64,000 nucleotides of DNA from Botryllus schlosseri (lineage: Eukaryota), in NCBI GenBank assembly GCA_051294905.1, contig CM119381.1, positions 17,732,001-17,796,000 of the forward strand, read 5' to 3'. Both the position numbers and the translations under genes were made by a program. The notes beneath the pieces were generated by a model that saw nothing but the letters and a program-made list of their open reading frames with translations, had not been told where the DNA came from and searched no databases. Each line of letters opens with the position of its first letter. The stretch's first letter is position 1. Shown one piece after another: positions 36,179-47,014 of the stretch.

Positions 36179-37695
36179 TTTCAGCTATTTTGAGTGGAGT
36201 AGATATGGATGGACTGTCAAAAAGTAATCAAGAATAATTAACTTATCAATAGCTTATCAACCAATCATTCAGTCCAAGTGCATGTGAAATTGTGAATGCT
36301 TGTAGTGAATTATACAAGCTGCTCATCAATATGTCATATGAATAGTATGCAGTTCATAAAAACCGTTTGATAGATAGGCTAAATAAAATTTAAAACATGG
36401 TAGGCCTATTCTATTAAATACATTTAAACACAGATAACGTGTACTAAATACGCACAACAGGCATAGACTTATTTCAGAGCACTCGACCATCATCTAGAAT
36501 CCGATACTACGATATTTGCTACCATACTGCCTGTCGATCACTGCCCTGCCGTTTTCATCAATATTCATAGCGTTAAGACTCTTGACTCAAGAGCAATCGA
36601 GGCTGCAAGGCTCCCACTGTTAGAAGACATCATCAAAACCAAATTGCATAAAGGCATTAAATTTTGGTACTTGAAAAATATCGACAATCATAGCTCGATA
36701 GGAATCATTACAATTACAATTAATATACTCGGCTTGGATTCAGTTGCCGGTACACGAATCGTTGTGCCCAGCCACACACACAGTACAATATATCTGGAGA
36801 CGGCATGCAGCTTTTTGCCCATCCTGGGGGGAGGCTATCTTACTGGTTAAAACCGGCATCAGCGGTGCACTGCCCGGCGTCGGTACAGGCAGATGCTGCT
36901 CGATACGGTTTGTAGCCTATTTGAAAACTCACGGAGCTGAGTATTGAGAAAATATTACCGTGTTAGCTTATCCAGTATTAACCCAAATGATAACCCTGCA
37001 CTTGAACAGGTATGCCCTTTCTTACTGCTTTTATCCGACTATTTATCGACCAATATGACAAAAATAAATTTGCTCGGTCCTAAGAAGCCGAGACTTCAGC
37101 TCGTCAAGTTCATCGGGGCAAAAAGTCGTATCAGTAAGTGCGCCATCTTGGGTTTAGTATATTTGTTCGTGGGATCGAAAATGGTCCATGTCTTGTCTAC
37201 TAACCGAACTTATTTCAATGTGATTATTTCTGGATATTACCTCAGTCTGCATGTGTCTTTTCGACATGCATATCTGAAAGACATGACAATACATGTATTT
37301 ATTTACTGTGTGTAAGCTAGACTTCACCAAGTCATATCGACTCATTCTCATCTTTTCATATCAACACGAATGAATGAGCCGTGTAAACTCAGAAATGCTG
37401 TGCTGTATGCATTTATCGTATATTTCTGTATTTCTCCTTTGGTATGCTTGCTCAATGATGACATGAATTCTTTTTCTTGCAAATTCAATGCGTTTCGAAG
37501 AGCCTCCTTTGTATCTTTTCATTGTATTTTGAACTCGTAAGAATATTAAATGAATGATTTATTGATGGCAATGATATATATATGGATTGATTGTGAGTTA
37601 CGTAAGATCCTTTTCACAAATTTAAAGAGTATTTTCAACTAATTGAAATTTCAAATGCGCATGCTGTACGGCTTCTAAAGGCATAAAGTTATAGG

Positions 37696-38696
37696 CAGGG
37701 TTGCCATACCGTCCTTATTTCTAAGATTTGTCCTTATTTTGAAGGGCCACGTCTTAGAAAACTCAACTGTCCTTATTTCTAAGAAATGTCCTTATTTTCG
37801 ACTTGCGTCCTTATTTTGTCTTATTTTCAACAACTACAGTATTTCCTCGGGTATCTGTGTTGCAGAATATTCTAAAATTATGCTTTTACGTCGAGATTTT
37901 GTGACATCATAGATGAAAAGAACTCCCGTGGCGTAGGCCTACACATATCAGGATTTGACTTCTAAGTGGTGAGATAGCTAGGGCAGTGAGTGGTATAGTC
38001 GTTTCGGCTGTACCAAGCGATCACAGCGGACGTCATAGTTAACAGCAGCACCACGTTTCAACTCACATCAGATACCCCAAAACACAAGAAGTGTGTCATA
38101 ATGATTCATTCGAGCCAGTCGATGAATAATCTTTTCACAAGTCGATCAACAATTACGACCAGAGACTACTAGGCAGCTGCTGCTGAGGGTACCTGGGCAT
38201 TCCATACTGTCAAACAGCAGCAATCATTCCTCTACAACGATTGCACATCGCAATGGTTCAAAGCAATATCCCCCGATTCCGACATCGCAAAGCAGTTTGC
38301 TTCGGCCAGGACCAAGACTACAAGCATTGTTACCGGAGTTCTTGCTCCATACGCTCAAAAAGGATTTTGTCTGAACTTTATGCATAGCCTTTTTCCATCT
38401 TGGTTGATTTCTATCAGAACGAGGTGAAGAAGTTTGGTCCACGGGGCCCCCGGGCCAATGTGTTTTTGGGGGAGGGGCTGCCGAAGTGCTGTTTCGGCCC
38501 CGAGTGAAGGTAAACCTAGATCCATGAAGCACTTTCTAATAACAAGGAGTTGCAAGAGCAGGTTGTTTCTTGCGAAAAGTATGTAATGTGATATGTCACG
38601 GCTCGTATAAATACAAATTATGTACAAAATCGCTTTTAATGGTCATCTAATTTTTCGACTGTCCTTATTTTTGGGTCCATGTCGATGGCAACCCTG
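37696..38696 (+). mobile_element. hAT transposon derivative (CAGGGTTGCCA termini)
   Basis: TIR CAGGGTTGCCAT / ATGGCAACCCTG; perfect TSD GTTATAGG; repeated GTCCTTATTT subterminal motifs. Confidence 0.9.
38173..38438 (+). pseudogene. Decayed hAT transposase fragment (non-Buster clade)
   Basis: AAAEGTWAFHTVKQQQSFLYNDCTSQWFKAISPDSDIAKQFASARTKTTSIVTGVLAP, then after a frameshift ILSELYA*PFSILVD. This resembles the FPDS.IAK...RTK...FSI..D segment of hAT transposases. Confidence 0.7.
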
Positions 38697-39325
38697 GTTA
38701 TAGGGTTGAAATATGTCAATGACGATATGGTAAAAGTATAGAGGATGTAGGATGGAGTGACGACCCATTGTTCTCCGTTTAGGCTGGCTACGCTTGAGTG
38801 ATTAGGGACAACGCGCGTCGCTAAGGTAAATAAAATCAGCTGCAGCGCTTGTGGAATGGCATTTTATTCTGCTGTTAGACGATTTTCTCGCCAGTTAGTT
38901 ATTCGCCAGGTCTGTTCTCATAACAGGTGCAGTTGAACAGTTAGTGTACGGAATATGGCGACTCATTGTGCGATTTAAGGCTGCAGTTACTCTAATAAAC
39001 GGGCTAGTAAAGAACAAAAAAGATCATTCTTCAGGATTCGTAGACCTGATTTAGTGCCGGAAGCAGATGAGAGGAAGCATCATGAATATCTTATCCATTG
39101 GAAGCTGCCCGATGGTCCCAGTGAACCTGATACTCGAATTTGCCGAAGGAGGTAGACAAATGACCTGCAGTTCGGGAGCAACTTCCAGAGAAACTCCAAC
39201 ACATAGAAATCAAGGATGTTGTCCTCTCATAACAAAAATTAATTAAATCATACAGGAGTAAGCAATCATATATCGAGTGATTGCAGTTTTTAACATGATT
39301 CACATATACCCTTATATTTTATGCA

Positions 39326-39846
39326 GACGTCTGGAGCTTCAGTAAGAGAAATGGTAACTTGTTCAATGACTTCTTTACCTCGGAATCAAAAGCGCACAAG
39401 TACAACACACGCGCGTCCACGTCGTCCAAATATCATATGATCGACCGAAAAGATCATCGCTCTATCAAATATGCCGGACCTGATGTGTGGAACAGTATAC
39501 CGCCGGCCATCCGGCAGTCGACGAGCATGTCCACATTCAAGTCGAAATACAAGTAATTACTACTAAATAAATACAGTCCATCCTCAAGATTACCGGACCG
39601 CGACTGACCTATCGATCTCGCTTTCCATGACATGCCGCCCTATTCCTTGTCGCTTTCTTTTTCTATACTATCTTCTTCACTTTCATTCAGTGGGCATGCC
39701 TCTTGATATCGCCTAGGCCAAGGTGGGTGTCAGATTCCATAGACTACTCCTAGTCGCTTCGACATCTTCCTGTCTTTTCATTGTATCGCATTTTTTGTGG
39801 TGTATTGAACTAATAAAATTGCTAATAAATCAATGATGATGATGAA
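39326..39846 (+). mobile_element. L2/CR1-type LINE 3' fragment
   Basis: Translates as HKYNTRAS...SIKYAGPDVWNSIPPAIRQSTSMSTFKSKYK, a typical CR1/L2 ORF2 C-terminus, followed by a 3'UTR ending in AATAAA and a (GAT)n tail. Confidence 0.8.
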
Positions 39847-40397
39847 ATTGTATCAATCTTGGGGTAGCCTACATTATAAATTGAATGAATTATGGGTGAT
39901 CAATTCATATTATGTTACTATGAAACTAATTTTCAGGATTTTTTTTTTCAAGCAGTCTGAATATTGACTCAGCTGCATTTCATGGATAGAAAAGTTCAGC
40001 CTAACTGATTCAGAATTGTGATTTGAAATTTTCTACTCTTCAGCAATTTTTGAATATACATATGCAATTTCTAATGTCTGTTACTTTTTGAAATTTGGCG
40101 TATCCAATGTATAGGTTGGGAATGAGACTTTGTGTTGGTGTACAGAGCTCCACAGTGTGAAGTTGTAAGTTTGTAACCGATTTTTTTTATGACGCTATTG
40201 AGCAACATTGACGAATGTGCTAATTTGATACCATTGGTATATCTGTTCTCAGTATGGAACAATTATACGGCATCCACAGTCTGCAGAAAATATGATCTGA
40301 AAACAAGGTACAACAGAAAATGTTCAAACAGACAAAGTACTCCACGTGGTTCAGATGATGATTGTTCAACGGTCCTGGACAATCTTCATTTAAATTA

Positions 40398-40517
40398 AAA
40401 TAAACCCGAATATTTTCAGCTGAAACTCATCAGGCGTGATCGTCAGCAACTAGTAGAGAATTGTTGTTGCTAGCAATTATCCCCGATGAGTGTCAGCCGA
40501 AAATATTGGGGTTTATT
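40398..40517. ncRNA. Inverted pair of minimal hammerhead-ribozyme-like motifs (probably Penelope-derived)
   Basis: Minus: CCTGATGAG-tttcagct-GAAAATATTC-GGGTTTATTT. Plus: CCCGATGAG-tgtcagcc-GAAAATATTG-GGGTTTATTT. The two are 33/37 identical. Each has a CTGATGA-type and GAAA core with a palindromic AATATT helix III; helix I is incomplete. Confidence 0.45.
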
Positions 40518-40783
40518 TCAATATGATTTTATTGTATGTTTGAGCTCTGTACCTTCAAGAGTCTATTCAGTTTTCAATAAAGATTATTAAATTTACAAGT
40601 GATTTGTATTGAGAGACGCTGCCGGTCGGTATTAGTGTAAAAAGCCAACACACCACGTCAAGGTTCCAACCTTTGCATTGGTTTCCTTGGCGACAGAAGG
40701 AACCCCCATGGGAATAGGCAGCACTCGTCCCATAGGGGAAAAAACTGTTTGGAGAAAGGCTAATTTTCACCTACTTTAGATAC

Positions 40784-42075
40784 CTCCTTTAATCCATCAT
40801 GTAACCCTTTTGAATATTCAGAAATTTTGGCTTGCTTTTTCTGAAAGGTATAGCGAACAAAACTATGTTAAAAAATCCTATTAAAGTGCATCATGGACTT
40901 GTCCAGTACATCCTCCACGATCTCCACACTTTCATAAGTCTGTAAAACTATTAAATCAACCAACTTTTGATATCAATGGTCTTGACGAATTTATCCGAGG
41001 ATACTGTTTACTGTTTGTTTTGATGCTTCCTTTCCATGGAGAATGAAAATCTGAATAGAATACCAGTGAACTTACCTGACGGATATTTTAGGCGGTATTT
41101 CTTTCTCTCCATTATCTGGAAAAAATTGCCAGCACGGCATGTAAAAACCACTTCAGGTGGATGTATAATATTTGAAATGTACTCAAGTAGTTACCGTTGC
41201 AATCCCTCTTTATGGCATTTTAAATCATACACATGATGGCTATATCCCAAACTAAAATCTTACTTTACAAAATTGAGAGTGCAAAAAGTAAGTACTTTTG
41301 CCTCACCTTTACTGTAAGTTAACAGGTAGTGAAAAAAAATAACCACCGGTAATACATGTAAGTGGGTAAAATCTGCTAGAGTAAGCCTATATCGGCTACT
41401 TAGAAAATGTAGAAGCAGGGCCTACTTTGTTACCGACCATCTCAGGAATTATTACGCATCTCGAGAGCCTAATAATGAATATCATATTTACGTCATAAGT
41501 GAATATTAAACCATCTACTATTTTGACAATATTTTGCAAATGATAATTCCTTACCTGACTCATGCCCATTGACACCAAAAGCAGAAGTAACAGGCTCCTC
41601 CTCTTACACGCACCAACTCATCGAAAACCTTTAGCAAAACAATTGCAGCAGCTAATTGTGGAAAGCCAAACAACGAAGAAGCTTGGTGGCAAATGTTAAA
41701 ATAATATTGGTAAAACTGGTTCAATCACGCCAACTCCACAATATCTGGAATTAAGCTCCTCTATGAATGATGAAATATAATATAGATTAAGCTGCTCAAA
41801 TGGTGGAACTGATTTTATCAAGCAGTTGGCTGACTCACATGCAGCCGTCAGTACGGAGATCGCTCTATCATCATCCATGTTGCTGTCGGGAGTTGGATGA
41901 TCATGGGTTTTGGCGTGTTTTTAAGCTCCTTTATTGTGGGAAAGGTGGCAGAACATTCTGCACACGAAGCTCCTCTCCAGTTATCCAAGCCTCCGAAGAA
42001 ACGTATAATTTCTTCCGTCACTCCCTCCCAATCCTCCCATATCATTTCTTCATCCATACCAATCAGTCCACCAGA
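40784..42075 (-). pseudogene. Decayed spliced gene with a C2H2 zinc finger inside the TIR element (putative transposase or cargo)
   Basis: Exon-like blocks 41555-42075, 41076-41251 and 40784-40939 have AG acceptors and GTAAGG/GTAAGT/GTATCT donors. CAECSATFPTIKELKKHAKTH (C-x2-C-x12-H-x3-H, 41903-41964) is restored by adding one base to the 41918-41922 homopolymer. Other exons contain in-frame stops. Confidence 0.55.
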
Positions 42076-42458
42076 CTATATAGACATATACAAGTAACAA
42101 AATGACAGCGCAGTACTCACCTACTTGCTACTTACCGTACACAGTTTTGATTCGCAACAGAACATCGGTCCCTAAGCACTAGACCATGACCTATCTAAAG
42201 CGTCATAATGCATTCAATTGAAGAGAACAATGGGTCGTCACTCCATCCTACATCCTCTATAGTAAAAGATATGGTAATAACGGCACGTGACCGCCAGAGT
42301 ACACCATATGTTTTTCGAACTAGCTGACTCTAATTTGTTAGTTGACTGCTTGGCATTGGCAAAGGGTTGAGACTGTCGTGACTTCACTTTATTAATATTT
42401 TAGTGAAAATATCTGCTGCGTTGCTTCCAGGATTGTCAGCACCGAAAGACGAGGCAGT

Positions 42459-43505
42459 ATGTCAGAAGCAATGTTCAACATCGATTCCGGATTCTTGGAG
42501 GGGCTCGTTAGAGGCTTTAAAAATGGAGTTCTTACAGAGGATGATTACAGACAACTCACTCAATGCGAAACTTTAGAAGACTTGAAGCTGCATCTGCAAG
42601 GTACAGATTATGGAAATTTTCTTGCGAATGAGCCGTCACCGCTCACTGTGTCCGTAATTGACGATAAACTTCGCGAAAAATTGGTCGTTGAGTTCACGTA
42701 CATTCGAAACCATGCATACGAACCGCTCGCTACTTTTCTGGACTACATCACTTACAGCTACATGATCGACAATATCATTCTTCTGATCACTGGCACTCTC
42801 CACCAACGCCAGTTGTCCGAGCTGGTGTCGAAGTGTCATCCTCTGGGTGTGTTTGATCAAATGGAAACGGTGACGATCGCGAGCACCCCGGCGGAATTGT
42901 ACAGCGCTATTCTCGTCGACAGTCCGCTGGCGCCATTTTTCAGAGATTGCATCTCGGAACGCGACTTGGACGAACTGAACATTGAGATTATACGTAACAC
43001 TTTGTACAAGGCTTACATCGAATCGTTCTACAATTTCTGCAAGAAAATTGGTGGTGCCACTGCCGATGTCATGTGTGACATCTTGGCTTTCGAAGCGGAC
43101 AGACGCTCCTTCATAATCACTATTAATTCATTCGGAACCGAACTGGCAAAGGAGGATAGAGCCAAGCTGTATCCACGATGCGGCAAACTCCATCCATACG
43201 GTCTTGCAGCTTTAAGCCAAGCGGACGAGTACGAGTCTGTCAAAGCTATCGCGGAGTATTACACCGAGTATCGGCAGTTATTTGAAGGCTCCGGGAATAA
43301 CCTCAGCGATAAAACCTTGGAAGATAAATTCTTCGAGCACGAAGTGTCTTTGAACAAGATCAGCTTCATGCAGCAGTTTCATTTTGGAGTGTTTTACTCT
43401 TACGTAAAACTGAAAGAGCAGGAGTGCAGGAATATTATTTGGATCGCTGAATGCATCGCGCAACGTCACAGAACGAAGATAGACAGTTACATCCCTATTA
43501 TGTGA
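42459..43505 (+). CDS. ATP6V0D1: V-type proton ATPase V0 subunit d, intronless
   Basis: 348-aa ORF with motifs [111 protein letters not shown]. Confidence 0.98.
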   Translation: MSEAMFNIDSGFLEGLVRGFKNGVLTEDDYRQLTQCETLEDLKLHLQGTDYGNFLANEPSPLTVSVIDDKLREKLVVEFTYIRNHAYEPLATFLDYITYSYMIDNIILLITGTLHQRQLSELVSKCHPLGVFDQMETVTIASTPAELYSAILVDSPLAPFFRDCISERDLDELNIEIIRNTLYKAYIESFYNFCKKIGGATADVMCDILAFEADRRSFIITINSFGTELAKEDRAKLYPRCGKLHPYGLAALSQADEYESVKAIAEYYTEYRQLFEGSGNNLSDKTLEDKFFEHEVSLNKISFMQQFHFGVFYSYVKLKEQECRNIIWIAECIAQRHRTKIDSYIPIM

Positions 43506-43931
43506 TCATCATCACGAATGTATTTAGCCAAACCTACACTTTTCATGTCCAGAATTGTATCATCGCAATCTTCCAATGATACCTCTATGTAACGTGCTGA
43601 ATATCAAGAATATTTCTCATCTTCCATGTGCAATTTGTTCATCTACAGTTGTTGTACGACGTGCGGGCTTGTCGCCGTGCAGCTGAAAATTGTGAAACTA
43701 TTTTGCGGGTGTAGTGTACAATGGTTCTATTGTGTACCTTTAAGATTGAATGTTACTACGATTGTGAATCGCATAATCAAGACTCGAAGTGAATGACATA
43801 TCCTTTCGTGCTCGGGCGTCTACGTATTTTGTCATAGGTCTATTTGCTGTTATCACCACTATATTGGTTGCTTAGTTCTTGTTTTACTTGCATTTCGTAA
43901 ATGAAATATTGTGAATATATCATAATGAATG

Positions 43932-43972
43932 TTCTTTTTTGTGTTTTCCGTGTAGCAAGATATTAGTTGTAG
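43932..43972 (+). promoter_or_regulatory. Putative unpaired splice acceptor (candidate SL trans-splice site) upstream of ZDHHC3
   Basis: U-rich tract TTCTTTTTTGTGTTTTCCG followed by AGs at 43955, 43966 and 43972, about 20 nt before the ATG. Similar sites occur at 42430 (ATP6V0D1), 47005 (OMA1) and 36185 (NDUFB2, minus strand). Confidence 0.4.
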
Positions 43973-43991
43973 GCTTCTTCGGTGCGGGAAT

Positions 43992-44864
43992 ATGGAAGAT
44001 AGGAATTCCTACAGTAGGAATTACTCCTACTCTCCTCTCTTCTACAGCCCTACCAAGTCGAAAAAACGTTGGTTCATCAAAGATGGATGTGGTGTGTTCT
44101 GCGCCGGGATTACGTACGGATTGGTTTTTTACGCAATTTTTGTGGTGTCGTTCATATTGATCCTACCGAATATCGGAAAAAGCACGGCATACGGTCTGAT
44201 CAACGGTTTGATATTTGGAGCTCTTGCTTTTCTCGCTCTAGCCTCTCACTTTCAATCGATGACTACCGATCCAGGAGCAGTACCTAAAGGCAACGCGACG
44301 AAGGAAAACATCGAAAGCCTGCAATTGAAACCTGGCCAGATCGTGTACAAATGCGCAAAGTGCTTCAGCATCAAGCCGGAACGGGCTCACCACTGCAGCG
44401 TGTGTAAGAGATGCATCAGGAAAATGGACCACCACTGTCCGTGGATCAACAACTGCGTCGGGGAGGCGAATCAAAAATATTTTGTGCTCTTCACTTTATA
44501 CATTGCGGCCATCTCGCTTCACGCGCTGTTCATGATTGTCGTTCACTTTATCCAGTGCTTCGACACGCAGTGGCATGAATGTAGTTCGTTTTCCCCGCCC
44601 GCGACGATCATTCTCCTAATTACGCTGACTTTCGAGTCCCTTCTATTCTTTTTGTTTACGCTAATTATGTTTTGCACGCAGCTGCACTCTATGTGCTATG
44701 ACGAAACGGGTATCGAGCAGCTAAAAAACGAGAAACACGCGCGAAACGATTCCAAATGGTTGAATATCAAGTCCGTGTTTGGCGACAAGTTTTCGTACAA
44801 CTGGTTCCTACCGTTTTCGCAGCCGGTGATGGCCAAGCAGGATGTTTATCAATATGTTGTCTAG
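43992..44864 (+). CDS. ZDHHC3: DHHC palmitoyltransferase ZDHHC3/7-like, intronless
   Basis: 290-aa ORF with [60 protein letters not shown] and the C-terminal YQYVV of ZDHHC3/7. Confidence 0.96.
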   Translation: MEDRNSYSRNYSYSPLFYSPTKSKKRWFIKDGCGVFCAGITYGLVFYAIFVVSFILILPNIGKSTAYGLINGLIFGALAFLALASHFQSMTTDPGAVPKGNATKENIESLQLKPGQIVYKCAKCFSIKPERAHHCSVCKRCIRKMDHHCPWINNCVGEANQKYFVLFTLYIAAISLHALFMIVVHFIQCFDTQWHECSSFSPPATIILLITLTFESLLFFLFTLIMFCTQLHSMCYDETGIEQLKNEKHARNDSKWLNIKSVFGDKFSYNWFLPFSQPVMAKQDVYQYVV

Positions 44865-47014
44865 AACCGTTTGTGTTTTTGTGAGATGTGCCGGGATGGC
44901 TGGTGTGTTGAAGTATACCGGTATTTCATTCGATGTTGTTGCTGGATCGCTTAAATTCGATGAAGAGTCGCATTACTGCATCGCATGCCAAATTTCATGT
45001 GCACTCTGAGGTTTCATTCCCAACACAGTCGTAGCAATTTTTTCAACACTGCACATTGCCTTTGAATTTTTGCGAGGGACTAGGCCTGTACGTTTGATGT
45101 GTATGCAGAGAGTGATAAGTTGATACTGTTAACTATTATAATCGTCACTACTCTCCAAAGAAGAAGAAAACAATTATATATAGATCTCTATCTTATGAAT
45201 GTTACTAATTCTTTTGCTTTTCGTTAACATGTGATATGTCAACGCCAGTAATGAGCAGCCTGCTTCTGCTCATCAAGATAACTTGGTATGGCATTGAATA
45301 TAGAGTGTGACAGAGTGGGTACCTTTCGTAGCATTTTCCACACATTTCATTGTGTTCCAGTGAATTACTGGTCGCAACCTTCATGCCTTCTCTTGTTTGA
45401 GTGTGAAACTGTTTTAAGATTGACTATTGTGTGCCCTAAGAAGTGAAATTGTTCATTTCCAAGTACCAGTATCTCATTTTGTCACTATATGTTTCTCCAT
45501 TCCGTATATATTTATGCAATTTTTATAGATTCTTTTGTTGATGGGAGATATTAAAAGGATTTTGCTGGGACTATACCAGCCTTACATTTGATACACCGAA
45601 TACCATTATACAAGCTATATTTTATAACAAAGCAAATAGTGTGACTAACCCCAATGGATCATTAAGTGATAACTCCCTAGATTAGACTCTGCAATGTAAT
45701 TGCAACATTAGCGTGGGCGTTAAAATGACTTTTGCCACTAGTCTAAGGGGCTCTACAGTATCATATTCAAATCACAAGCAGTTCCTTGTATCTGTCCATA
45801 TCTTTTGTAATGCTATGTTTTTACACAATAATAGTCAAATGTTCATATTAGCAATCTGTCACACCCATAAATAGAGGAATATTGAGGACTGAAGAGATAT
45901 AGGTACAAATCTCAAAATATCTGCTGTTATTGGAGAATGAAGCCATTTCTGCAAGAAACCACTTCAAGAGTAGCCTACAATGTTATGATAACTTAGCGAG
46001 AGCTCGAATTAGGACCGACTCTGTCAAGCAATAGACCATTTAGTATGACAATTATTACATCTTTACAACAATATTTATGCTCCATCGCAGAGTACGCTTA
46101 AGAGATATTGATTCTCAATTTTACAGCACTTTGGCCAGAAATCAGTGATGAATGATGGAATAATATTGGCGCCAATGACAGGGCCTACTCGCTCGGTCCA
46201 TTATGTCCTATTTCCATAATTATCCATTGTAGCCAACTACTTGATGTTAGTGACATATCTGGTTCTAGTATAATTAGTTATGTGATATTAATCGATTAAA
46301 ATATCTCTCGGGGATTGTACACAACAATGACTGGGTTGGTCACTTGATGAGGTTTCAATGATGATAATTCGCCATTTCATGTTGGTGTAATGAAAACAAA
46401 ATTCAGCTTTTTCCGCAATTCAAATGTTTTCTTCCGGTATTCTTCCCAGACCATTACAATTACAAATTTAGCTTTTTCTTGAAAATGTTATATTTCGTTG
46501 ATTGTTACAATTAATTATGATCTACACTTCTATATAAATTATCTCGTGAATGTCTTATCGTTCAGATCTCATCTTATGCTAGGACTCAGGCATAGTAGGG
46601 TCGATAAGAAAGACAAATGGACACTTTCTCGAAGAGAGGAAATAGTAAAGGCCTTGTGTGAAGATTTTGCCGCCAGCCACGGTATTTACATTGTCAACAT
46701 CCTAATTCTGTTATAAACATGGAAGTGCCGAACATCAGGTGGTGTGGACGTTGTATGTTTTTAAATAGTTGCGCAGCTATCAAGCAACAGCATTAATTTT
46801 ACAACATGAAATATCCCTTGCAGTTACGGGCATAAGCTGTTCCCATGTGAAGATTATGCACTCAAATCAGACTATGACTGTTATAGTTGATGAATATTTT
46901 TCTACCAACACAATAGTCACGGTTGAAATTATATATTTTACAGTAGAATTCCGAAGGCTATACCATAACACAACTATTTCGACAAGGTATCATTTCAACA
47001 TTCAGATACAAGAC

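Larger units (their letters stand above)
38741..42257 (-). mobile_element. 3.5-kb DNA transposon with perfect 35-bp TIRs and TATA TSD (Sola-like GAG...CTC termini)
   Basis: GAGGATGTAGGATGGAGTGACGACCCATTGTTCTC (38741-38775) is the exact reverse complement of 42223-42257, with TATA on both sides. The superfamily assignment is inference. Confidence 0.75.

Noticed and set aside
38746-38756. Link between the ATGTAGGATG in the 35-bp TIR and the (TGTAGGA)n target array at 60.8-63.2 kb
   Set aside because: The match is only about 10 bp with no further similarity and is compatible with chance.
46769-47014. N-terminal extension of OMA1 from the ORF track (TTG start)
   Set aside because: Non-ATG start and AT-rich composition; an acceptor-like TTCAG precedes the ATG at 47015, where the presequence-like region begins.
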